A stretch of DNA of 32,000 nucleotides from contig AE017199.1 of assembly GCA_000008085.1 (NCBI GenBank), forward strand, positions 30,001-62,000, given 5' to 3'. The first letter of the stretch is position 1. Each line of letters opens with the position of its first letter. The notes under the pieces were generated by a model, which saw only the letters and a program-made list of their open reading frames with translations, had not been told where the DNA came from and searched no databases. Below, piece by piece: positions 1 through 7,566 of the stretch. Source of the stretch: Nanoarchaeum equitans Kin4-M (GTDB lineage: Archaea > Nanobdellota > Nanobdellia > Nanobdellales > Nanoarchaeaceae). The translations under genes and the position numbers were made by a program.

Positions 1-7
1 TCATAAG

Positions 8-583
8 GTGGAAATCCAGTTAGATGGTGTAAATAATGCGAAATTAAATATAAAATTCAAAGTATTACCCATAGTAATAGATGAAAAGGGTCTTAAATTC
101 AATGATAGTGAGTCCTTATCTAATTACTATTTTGACAAAAATAAACTTATAGATTACTTAACCAACATAGCAAGCAAGATGAAGGATACAAATGGCCATC
201 TAATAGTAAAAGATGGGGCTGTATTTGTAGATTACGATAAAGACAATATCTGGGATGCTGGAATAGAACCTGGCACATATATTGATGATACCGATTTGGG
301 AAAAATTCTAACAGGTAGAGCAATATATGCTATTGGTAACATTTCTATGGACAGTTTACCACAATATATAAAGGTAGATGGGAGGAATGTGGATTCGTCG
401 AATCCCATCTATACAAATATAAGTAGGGCATTACAGAATGGCATATCATTCGAAAAACTGCTGTATCTTGTAGATGTTAGCGAAGTGGATGCTGATTACT
501 CTAAAAAATTCGCTATTCCTGCACCAGTGCTTGGAGTAATGGGATTGGTACCATTATTTAAAAGAAAAAGGAAAAATGCTTAG
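8..583 (+). CDS. hypothetical surface protein (possibly 5'-partial), C-terminal hydrophobic anchor plus basic tail
   Basis: ORF track. The frame has no stop between nt 2 and 7, so the GTG-8 start is uncertain and the gene may enter from upstream. The C-terminus PAPVLGVMGLVPLFKRKRKNA is a short hydrophobic stretch followed by a KRKRK tail. The stop overlaps the next gene's ATG (576-583). Confidence 0.45.
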   Translation: MEIQLDGVNNAKLNIKFKVLPIVIDEKGLKFNDSESLSNYYFDKNKLIDYLTNIASKMKDTNGHLIVKDGAVFVDYDKDNIWDAGIEPGTYIDDTDLGKILTGRAIYAIGNISMDSLPQYIKVDGRNVDSSNPIYTNISRALQNGISFEKLLYLVDVSEVDADYSKKFAIPAPVLGVMGLVPLFKRKRKNA

Positions 584-2363
584 ACTTATAATATTATTTT
601 TAACTATTATTGGAGCATTAGCTATCAATGTAAATGTATATAGTGGCACTTTAGTAAAGAGTGAGGATAATTATTTAATTCTATTAAAAATAGGAGAAGG
701 TTCTTTTGATGCAAATAAAGTGACAATTACTTCGTTAAATAGCACATTTTATTTAGATTATTTTAACAATATAAATTCGTCTATTGATAATTATGTATAC
801 TTTGACTGCCCCAGTGGTATAAAACATACAATTACCTTTCATGATGTAATAAATGTTGGGACGGATAGAGGAAGAATACCACAACCTACAATAATTCTTG
901 ATATACCTAACGAAACAGGGTGTAAACTAATAATGAAAGATTATAATAATGCTTTGGAAAGATCTGAATTTAATGTTTCTGTTTGTAAGGACTTAACTTG
1001 TAACAAAAACCATGTACAAAAAGTCCTATCTGTACAACCTACCGCAACACTAAGCGTTTCTCCCAGTACTATTAATGTTGGAGAAAGCGTAACAATTACT
1101 CTAACCGCCAATAATTGTTACAAAGATCCTGTTAATTTAGGAGGAAGCTACGAAATTACCGATGATAAAAGTGAAATATCTTACAGTGGTACATTTAATG
1201 GGAATTTAAGTATTAGCAAATCGTTTACACTCACACAAACAGGTACACACACTATAACAGCGAAGCTCTATTGTTATAATGGAATTATAACAAAAACTGC
1301 TACTGTTAGAGTAAATAAACCATCTCCTACTCCATCTCCATCCCCGAAACCATCCCCATCTGTTTCTTTGAGCGTTACACCTACTAGCATAAACCAGTAT
1401 GAAAGTATAGAGATAACAGCAACAATAAATAATTGTAATGGGGGAACATTCCATATATGGGATAGCCAAGGTGAATATGACAAAACCGGTAATGTAACAG
1501 GTAATACATATACTTTTACTGATACTATACAACTAACTATACCGGGTACTCATACTATATCTCTTAGTGCAACATGTAATAGCAATAATTACACAGATAG
1601 CAAAACAGTAATTGTTAACGAAGTACCATTACAAATTAATTCCGTAACACCAATAAACTTTACAGCTATTAAAATTGTAACGAACAAATATGTTAATACT
1701 ATAAATGCTACTTTAAATGAAAAATATTTGCATTGGACGCCTTCTCAAAGAAAAATCGAGAATTATAACGAGAAAGTTGATTGTTCACAACAAGGCATAA
1801 AATATGAATATATATGTGTATTTAACAATTTTATAGCCAATGGATCAAAAATAACAATAGAAGCGGATAGTAAACAATTTAACTTTGCTATGAATAATGA
1901 AACATTGCCAGACATTTTATATTATATAGAGCCCAACAAACCCATTTTCATAGCTTTTGAAGGATATGTTGATATTAGTTATAAACCATTTAATGATGCT
2001 ATCTCCAATTTAACAGGAACTTTCATGGCTTATGTTAATGAAACCCCCATATTGTATAGCGATTTCAGTGATTATTTACCCCCATACCTAGCATATTTCT
2101 TAAATATATCAAATGCGGTATACTTACCTATAAAATATAAAAATGTAACAAATCCCAAGAAATATAATCTCGAAAAGGGCAAATATTCATTATTAGCACT
2201 TGCTGGTAATATAGATGGAATGGCAAACAAAGTTTCTATAGATTTATCCAATTTTGAAGTGTTCGATTTAGTGTGGGATTTCAGAGAGGGAAAACAAACC
2301 AAAGTATTTGATTTAACTCCATATTGGGCAAAGCCTTTAACAAATATAACATGGCCTAACTAA
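576..2363 (+). CDS. secreted/surface protein with two tandem Ig-like repeats joined by a Pro/Ser linker
   Basis: N-terminal signal-like segment MLRLIILFLTIIGALAINV. Two ~90-aa homologous modules flank KPSPTPSPSPKPSPS. I count about 15 N-x-S/T sequons by eye. TAATG overlap with the next ORF at 2361-2365. Confidence 0.6.
   Translation: MLRLIILFLTIIGALAINVNVYSGTLVKSEDNYLILLKIGEGSFDANKVTITSLNSTFYLDYFNNINSSIDNYVYFDCPSGIKHTITFHDVINVGTDRGRIPQPTIILDIPNETGCKLIMKDYNNALERSEFNVSVCKDLTCNKNHVQKVLSVQPTATLSVSPSTINVGESVTITLTANNCYKDPVNLGGSYEITDDKSEISYSGTFNGNLSISKSFTLTQTGTHTITAKLYCYNGIITKTATVRVNKPSPTPSPSPKPSPSVSLSVTPTSINQYESIEITATINNCNGGTFHIWDSQGEYDKTGNVTGNTYTFTDTIQLTIPGTHTISLSATCNSNNYTDSKTVIVNEVPLQINSVTPINFTAIKIVTNKYVNTINATLNEKYLHWTPSQRKIENYNEKVDCSQQGIKYEYICVFNNFIANGSKITIEADSKQFNFAMNNETLPDILYYIEPNKPIFIAFEGYVDISYKPFNDAISNLTGTFMAYVNETPILYSDFSDYLPPYLAYFLNISNAVYLPIKYKNVTNPKKYNLEKGKYSLLALAGNIDGMANKVSIDLSNFEVFDLVWDFREGKQTKVFDLTPYWAKPLTNITWPN
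1044..1619 (+). repeat. intragenic tandem domain duplication (repeat 1 1044-1316, PS-rich linker 1317-1361, repeat 2 1362-1619)
   Basis: Protein-level alignment by eye. Both copies share LSV(S/T)P(S/T)xIN..ES(V/I).IT...NNC ... GTHTI ... C ... T(A/K)TV.VN. Confidence 0.7.
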
Positions 2364-2998
2364 TGCCTGCAATACCAAATTGTTATTATGGCAATATAAC
2401 TAACCTATGTGGAATAGATATAAATAATTCTTTGCTAATTGCAGAGCCATCAAATAGCTCTATAGAAGTTGTTTGTGATCCAAACTGCCATTATGGAGGG
2501 CCAAAAGTTAAGGACAAAAAGCTATGCCTAAATTCCGGTAATTATAGTTTGTATATTTTGAAAAATGATAAAAAATGGTTTGTTGAAACATTAGAAGTAA
2601 ATGCGAATGGCTCTGTAGTAAAAAAAGATTTAACATTTAGATGTAACAAAACAACCAATAATACCAATAATACGAATAGTACAGAAAATAGAGAAGTTAG
2701 TACTGACAATAAAAATAGAAGCATTAATAATAAAAAGTTAAGCACATACAATAAAATTAGTAATATTGTAGTTCCAGTAACAAACAATAACCAAAACCAA
2801 TATTATATCCCAGCATTGTATTCTATACAAGCTAATCCAACCAATTCTATGTCTTTTAGCGAAACATATGAGAGTAAACAAGAAATGCAAAAACAAAGCA
2901 CACAAAATATAGTAACAATAGAGGAAAACAACAATTGGATATGGATACTGCCCATTATAATATTTTTGGTTAGCTTTATTCTTGCTAAAAACCTTTAA
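2363..2998 (+). CDS. Asn-rich, Cys-containing protein with C-terminal transmembrane anchor
   Basis: ORF track. Low-complexity NNTNNTNSTENRE region. C-terminal WIWILPIIIFLVSFILAKNL. Start overlaps the upstream stop. Confidence 0.5.
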   Translation: MPAIPNCYYGNITNLCGIDINNSLLIAEPSNSSIEVVCDPNCHYGGPKVKDKKLCLNSGNYSLYILKNDKKWFVETLEVNANGSVVKKDLTFRCNKTTNNTNNTNSTENREVSTDNKNRSINNKKLSTYNKISNIVVPVTNNNQNQYYIPALYSIQANPTNSMSFSETYESKQEMQKQSTQNIVTIEENNNWIWILPIIIFLVSFILAKNL

Positions 2999-3019
2999 AT
3001 GATAAATTATATTTTTTGA

Positions 3020-4420
3020 ATGAAACGTTTTCTCCCAGCAGTAGTAGTTTTGGGTTTAGCCCTAGCAGCACCAACAGCGCAATTGGAAGTAATAGATTAC
3101 CCTAATACAGTATATACTAAAGGAGTAATGGCGAAGAGCACAATTCCAATTACTATAAAATATAATACTACTGATGCAACAAACTCCAAGCTTATAGTAT
3201 ATTTGATAAACCAAAATGAGAAAAACTTAGCATTGATGGAAGAATACAAAATCGATGCGGGAAAAACTAAAATAGAAACTATCGAAATTCCATTATATAA
3301 TTTGCCTGATTACCCAAATGTTGATGATGGTATATACACAATAAAGTTTAGGTTAATCTCTTTTGATAACAATGGAAATACTGCGGCTGATGAAAAAGAG
3401 ATAAACGTTTCTATTAATGAACCATTTGATGTCGCACAATATGATTTAGATGTTCTAGATTTACCTTTACCAGAAGACAAAATAGTATTTACCAACACAA
3501 AAACGAAATTCCAAATCCCTATAATTTATGATGGGATAGCAAATAGCGATTATGTTACTGTAACATTATGCGCTATAGCTAATGGAATAAAATTGGCTTG
3601 CAACGATACCAGCAAAACATTAACAACAAGGGAAAACTTAGTAGAATTAGTAATGAATATTCCATCCTTTACAGGGGATGGCAAATTAATATTATCGGTA
3701 AAAGACAACAATGGGCAAAACATAGTAAAAGAATATGCTGTTAAATTTGTTGATGGCACATTAGATGTAAATGTAATGCCTGTAAGCGAAAAGGTAATGC
3801 AAGGCGAATCCACATCTATTATAGTTAGAGTAAACAACCCAATAGAAAAAAGCAGAACTGTATACTTAACAATAAAAACCCCAACAGATACAATAACCAA
3901 AACTATTTATTTAGAAGGCTATAGTAGTGCCCAATTAGTTATTCCTATAAAGGTTAAAACCAATTCAAACAAATTTAATGTATATGTATACGCAAGCGAT
4001 GGAGTATATACATACAGCAAACAATTAACATTAGATGTTGTCTCTAAACAAGATATAATAAACAACATCGATGTTAGTTATGAAAAAGACAAAATAGAGC
4101 TAATATTATATCCAAAGCAACCAGGGGTTGTGACAATAAAAGTGTTGGCCGATGGCGCTATAGTAGATCCTTCCATAAAAACCATATCTTTAGACTACAA
4201 AGCTAAAACCGTTAGTTTTAATTACAAACCATTAAAAGACACAGCAACAATAAAATTTGAAGTATATGATCTAAACAATAATAAGATAGCTGAAAAGCAA
4301 ATAAAAATAGTGCAAAAGAAAGCCCAACAATTCAATTGGTTATTACCCATAGCAATAATAATAGCCCTAGGATTGGGCCTATATTTAGGTAGAAAAAAGA
4401 AAGAAGAAATTGTTGAATAG
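3020..4420 (+). CDS. secreted multi-domain (beta-sandwich-like) surface protein with C-terminal TM anchor
   Basis: Sec-type signal MKRFLPAVVVLGLALAAPTAQ. Beta-rich repetitive composition. C-terminus WLLPIAIIIALGLGLYLGRKKKEE (TM segment plus basic tail). Confidence 0.6.
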   Translation: MKRFLPAVVVLGLALAAPTAQLEVIDYPNTVYTKGVMAKSTIPITIKYNTTDATNSKLIVYLINQNEKNLALMEEYKIDAGKTKIETIEIPLYNLPDYPNVDDGIYTIKFRLISFDNNGNTAADEKEINVSINEPFDVAQYDLDVLDLPLPEDKIVFTNTKTKFQIPIIYDGIANSDYVTVTLCAIANGIKLACNDTSKTLTTRENLVELVMNIPSFTGDGKLILSVKDNNGQNIVKEYAVKFVDGTLDVNVMPVSEKVMQGESTSIIVRVNNPIEKSRTVYLTIKTPTDTITKTIYLEGYSSAQLVIPIKVKTNSNKFNVYVYASDGVYTYSKQLTLDVVSKQDIINNIDVSYEKDKIELILYPKQPGVVTIKVLADGAIVDPSIKTISLDYKAKTVSFNYKPLKDTATIKFEVYDLNNNKIAEKQIKIVQKKAQQFNWLLPIAIIIALGLGLYLGRKKKEEIVE

Positions 4421-4448
4421 ACTTTAAATTATTTCATTTTCTCTATAA

Positions 4449-4733
4449 GTGAAACTTAATAAGATAGTAGCTTTGTTAGATATAATTGGTGATTTATTAC
4501 TATGTAAGATGCGCGACAACTATTATATCGATATCTATTCTGATGAAAATTCTATTGTTGTAGAAAGTGAGGACTTAGTTGTAACATTGAAAAAATCCAA
4601 AAATGATAAGGTTTTCATAAAAATAGAACACCCTTTGGGGGAATGGCGCTTTTATGCTAACAAAAAAGAGCTAGAAGAAAATTTAAAAAATACAAAATTC
4701 GCCAAATTGTTTGTCAAACTAATAAACCTTTAA
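4449..4733 (+). CDS. small hypothetical protein
   Basis: GTG-start ORF. TTTAAATTAT (4423-4432) lies about 22-25 nt upstream of the GTG, consistent with a leaderless start. No recognisable motif. Confidence 0.35.
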   Translation: MKLNKIVALLDIIGDLLLCKMRDNYYIDIYSDENSIVVESEDLVVTLKKSKNDKVFIKIEHPLGEWRFYANKKELEENLKNTKFAKLFVKLINL

Positions 4734-4754
4734 ACTATTATATAGATATTGCTA

Positions 4755-5015
4755 ATGGCCTTTAGCCATACTAAAAAGGTAGGTCCTACTGGTAGGTTTG
4801 GTCCTAGGTATGGTTTAGGTATAAGAAAAAGAGTACTAACTGTTGAAATAAAACAAAGGAAAAAACATGTTTGTCCCTTCTGTAGGTCTAAAGCAGTAAT
4901 TAGAGAGGCATATGGAATTTACAGATGTAAAAAATGCGGAAAACAATTTACAGGTTTAGCCTATTACCCATACGAGCATTTGCACGAATATTACAAAATT
5001 AGAGGGGGGCAATAA
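4755..5015 (+). CDS. rpl37ae: ribosomal protein L37Ae (eL43)
   Basis: MAFSHTKKVGPTGRFGPRYG start typical of the family and a CPFC...CKKC zinc ribbon. I prefer ATG 4755 to the TTG 4749 of the ORF track. Confidence 0.9.
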   Translation: MAFSHTKKVGPTGRFGPRYGLGIRKRVLTVEIKQRKKHVCPFCRSKAVIREAYGIYRCKKCGKQFTGLAYYPYEHLHEYYKIRGGQ

Positions 5016-5199
5016 ATAAAACCATATCTCCCCTAACAAATAGTTCTTTCAAATTCTCTTCATCAATTTTTACCTCTTTCATATATAAATTAACATGTAT
5101 ATCCGAGCTTTCCAATAAACCTTCAATGGTTTTGCCATTTTTTAAATAAACCTTTACTCTTTTGCCTTTCAAAGAAGCTAAAAACTCCAATGGTCTCAT
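4999..5199 (-). CDS. Sm-like (LSm/SmAP) RNA-binding protein
   Basis: 66 aa. Sm1-like VKVYLKNGKTIEGLLESSDIHVNLYM and Sm2-like VRGDMVLFI. Convergent 17-nt overlap with rpl37ae. Confidence 0.8.
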   Translation of the reverse strand: MRPLEFLASLKGKRVKVYLKNGKTIEGLLESSDIHVNLYMKEVKIDEENLKELFVRGDMVLFIAPL

Positions 5200-5218
5200 C
5201 GTTAATTCTTACAGTAAC

Positions 5219-5228
5219 ATTTATAAAT
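5219..5228. promoter_or_regulatory. palindromic TATA box ATTTATAAAT shared by divergent Sm gene and tRNA 5' half
   Basis: Perfect 10-nt palindrome. Its centre (5223.5) is 24.5 nt from the Sm ATG (5199) and 24.5 nt from A5248. Confidence 0.6.
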
Positions 5229-5247
5229 GGTTTTGTTATAACTTACT

Positions 5248-5301
5248 ACGCGGGGTGGGGCAGCCTGGAGTGCCCGGGGGGCTCATATCCCCCTGGCCGC
5301 C
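5248..5301 (+). tRNA. tRNA 5' half, anticodon CAU (Met, initiator-like), with 14-nt GC-rich 3' extension
   Basis: A(-1), acceptor strand CGCGGGG, U8, D arm GGGC/AGCCUGGAGU/GCCC, G26, anticodon-stem strand GGGGG, loop CUCAUA. This is followed by UCCCCCUGGCCGCC and a T7 run. No T arm or acceptor 3' strand follows. Confidence 0.75.
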
Positions 5302-5308
5302 TTTTTTT
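5302..5308 (+). terminator. oligo-T terminator after tRNA half
   Basis: TTTTTTT immediately after the GC-rich tail. Oligo-T is the usual archaeal termination signal. Confidence 0.55.
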
Positions 5309-5317
5309 CATATTTAA

Positions 5318-5389
5318 TGGACCCGCCGGGATTCGAACCCGGGGCCTCCGCCTTGCGAGGGCGGCGTCCTACCGCTGGACTACGGGCCC
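5318..5389 (-). tRNA. tRNA-Ala (CGC)
   Basis: Reverse complement: GGGCCCG UA GUCC AGCGGUA GGAC G CCGCC CUCGCAA GGCGG AGGCC CCGGG UUCGAAU CCCGG CGGGUCC A. Perfect cloverleaf with the G3:U70 Ala identity pair. No encoded CCA. TATA-like TATTTATT (5410-5417) is centred 24.5 nt upstream of G1. Confidence 0.95.
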
Positions 5390-5477
5390 GGTTTCGATTT
5401 TAGATACAAAATAAATACATTTTTTGTAACTTAAAAGTAGTAATAGCTATATTTAAAGATGAGCTTTAAAGCGAGGG

Positions 5478-6131
5478 ATGGATAGGAAAATTATTGAAGA
5501 AAAAGCAAAAATTGTTGATGAAATTCCAAAAGTAATAAAGGGCAAAGACTATCAATTAAAGCTAACAAATATGGTATTCCATGTTAGGTTAACTTCCTCA
5601 AAACCATTAGATTTAAGTAAAGTTGCAGAGGAAATGGTTAATGCCATATATGAAAAAGACCGATTCCCTGGGGTTAGGCTAAAACTAAATGTGCCAGACG
5701 AAAATGGGGGGATGCACACAATTTCTATTCTATTATTTAGAAAAGGCCCAATAATCGTTTCTGGTGTGACTAAAAAAGAGCATTTGATAGCTGCAATAGA
5801 ATACGCTTGTGACATAATAAGAAAATATGGCGGAGAATGTATAGAAGAACCAGAAATAAAATTAGAAAACATGGTATGGACAGGCTATCTAGATTATGAA
5901 GTAAACCTAGCTTTGTTAGCAGAAAAAGACCCAGATGCTGAGTATAACCCCGAACAATTCCCAGGTTTAACGTATAGGCTAGGCACAGACAAAAAAGGTA
6001 GACTACATTTATTCAAAAACGGTAAAATTGTAGTTCCAGGAACCAGAAGTGTGGAAGAAACCAAAAAAATCGTTGAAGAGGTAATAGAAAGAATTAAAAA
6101 ATATGGAGTAGCGAATAAGAAAAGTGCATGA
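5478..6131 (+). CDS. tbp: TATA-box binding protein
   Basis: Two TBP repeats (NMVFHV...FPGVRLKL...LLFRKGPIIVSG and NMVWTG...FPGLTYRL...HLFKNGKIVVPG). TTTAAA (5452-5457) is centred 23.5 nt upstream of the ATG. Confidence 0.85.
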   Translation: MDRKIIEEKAKIVDEIPKVIKGKDYQLKLTNMVFHVRLTSSKPLDLSKVAEEMVNAIYEKDRFPGVRLKLNVPDENGGMHTISILLFRKGPIIVSGVTKKEHLIAAIEYACDIIRKYGGECIEEPEIKLENMVWTGYLDYEVNLALLAEKDPDAEYNPEQFPGLTYRLGTDKKGRLHLFKNGKIVVPGTRSVEETKKIVEEVIERIKKYGVANKKSA

Positions 6132-6771
6132 ACTAGTTTTTGCTTTGATTTCTATTTTATTTTTATCATTAATTGCTTTTAAATTTTCTTATTTAGAGCA
6201 AAATGCTTATACTACGGGTTGTAAAATAGAGGATTTGTTAACAAAAAACCCCTTTTCAGGAATTGTTAAGTCTATTCACTATCAAATTGAAGAAACAAAA
6301 GCTAATTTAGATTTTTTAAATTGGATTATTGGGATTAAAAACCCTTTGTCTAGTATTAGCTATAGAATAACAGTTGGTGGTTGCCATATCTTGTATAGAG
6401 AAGTATCAATGAACGAGTTTTACAAAATTTATAAAGCCTTTCTAGAGTACAAAGGGACTGGCGTATATTTTTATGGTAAAGTAATTGGCAATTATAAATT
6501 TCCTATAGAGATTCCAATTTATATAGCTGAAATAAAAGATTTGGGCGACAAATATAATATCACTATAACAAGGAAAAATGTTAATAGCGATTATCTCAAT
6601 AATAAAAATGTTAGCTTAGTTTCGAGCGACAAAATGTTAGACATATTAATAATGGGATACGAAGAGAACAAAATTCCCTTATATGCTTTAGAATTAAAAA
6701 TAGCCGCAAAAATTGGAGCGTGGGCTGGGGAAAAAGTTTTAGTGGTATATGAAGAAAATAACCCCCATTAG
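6124..6771 (+). CDS. hypothetical protein with N-terminal TM segment
   Basis: GTG-start ORF overlapping the tbp stop. N-terminal LVFALISILFLSLIAF. No recognised motif. Confidence 0.4.
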   Translation: MHELVFALISILFLSLIAFKFSYLEQNAYTTGCKIEDLLTKNPFSGIVKSIHYQIEETKANLDFLNWIIGIKNPLSSISYRITVGGCHILYREVSMNEFYKIYKAFLEYKGTGVYFYGKVIGNYKFPIEIPIYIAEIKDLGDKYNITITRKNVNSDYLNNKNVSLVSSDKMLDILIMGYEENKIPLYALELKIAAKIGAWAGEKVLVVYEENNPH

Positions 6772-7566
6772 TATAGGCAATAAAATATTATCATAAGGGG
6801 TTAACGCTTCAGCTATTGGGAACAAAAATCCTATAGGCATTTTAGTTACTAAAAATCCAATAATAGAACCTATGTAACCATATAATAGAACAAAACAAAT
6901 GTTTTTGCTTAAACTAGCTAAACCATCAACCCATGCTTGGTAAACCATTAATTTGGGTTCTATAAAATAATATATTATACTGCCTAAAACTAAAGTAAAT
7001 GCACCAATTCCTTTTCCGTCTCTATCGTAATAATCCAAAAACCTTTTTACTATTGGGTTATTCCTATGCTTGTATAGTATTAGCCCTATAATCAATAAAG
7101 CAAACAAAACATACAAAGCTATAGAATTAAAAACATCGAACATAAAAGCTATCGCCATAGCGCTCGCTATATGGAAAATCTTTCTATTGCCTTCTTTTCC
7201 CTTACTCTCCAAAAAGCTAACAAACCAATAAATTATTGGTATAAATAAGAAAGACAAAATTATTTGTTCTATTGTATGCCTTCCAAGTATAACTCTTAAT
7301 AAACCTACTAACAATGGAAATACTACTAGTTTTACATCTTTGTAAAACATTAAAAGAACAGAAGCGATTAATGTGTGCCCACTAGGGAAAGCATATGGGT
7401 CTATATGGGATACCCTATAAACATGGAACATCATTTTAGCAGTAATTGTTATCGCTATTGTACCTAACAATAAATTAAAATAATGGAAAAATTTTTCTGA
7501 ATCCCAATGTCTATAAATATCGTATAAAACTAGCAATAAGGGTATATAGCTTATAAAAGAGATCAT
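6739..7566 (-). CDS. polytopic membrane protein, PAP2-like phosphatase motifs with extra C-terminal membrane domain
   Basis: PSGHT and GRHTIEQ resemble PAP2 motifs 2 and 3. The C-terminal half has NRKIFH and WVDGLASL, which are reminiscent of the dolichol-kinase/CTP-transferase family (tentative). Confidence 0.45.
   Translation of the reverse strand: MISFISYIPLLLVLYDIYRHWDSEKFFHYFNLLLGTIAITITAKMMFHVYRVSHIDPYAFPSGHTLIASVLLMFYKDVKLVVFPLLVGLLRVILGRHTIEQIILSFLFIPIIYWFVSFLESKGKEGNRKIFHIASAMAIAFMFDVFNSIALYVLFALLIIGLILYKHRNNPIVKRFLDYYDRDGKGIGAFTLVLGSIIYYFIEPKLMVYQAWVDGLASLSKNICFVLLYGYIGSIIGFLVTKMPIGFLFPIAEALTPYDNILLPILMGVIFFIYH

Noticed and set aside
390-410. Palindrome GGATTCGTCGAATCC resembling a tRNA T arm
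   Set aside because: It lies inside a CDS, with no acceptor, D or anticodon arms around it and no GC-rich island.
1206-4000. Minus-strand ORFs 1206-1532, 1274-1483, 2072-2302, 2542-2787, 3310-3498 and 3550-3900
   Set aside because: They are antisense shadows inside long, well-supported + strand surface-protein genes. They have low-complexity hydrophobic translations and no promoter-spaced TATA.
5040-5075. UUGAUGAAGA (minus strand, in the Sm gene), plus similar UGAUGA hits at 9393, 13332, 14736, 22670, 23230, 26527 and 31430
   Set aside because: None is followed by a D/D' box at 12 nt or by the second box pair. They are chance occurrences in coding sequence.
5190-5414. 74-aa + strand ORF (MVSSLILTV...GPAGIRTRGLRLARAASYRWTTGP)
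   Set aside because: It is entirely made of the tRNA half and the antisense of tRNA-Ala. Its GC-rich Gly/Pro/Arg composition is the signature of reading through RNA genes.
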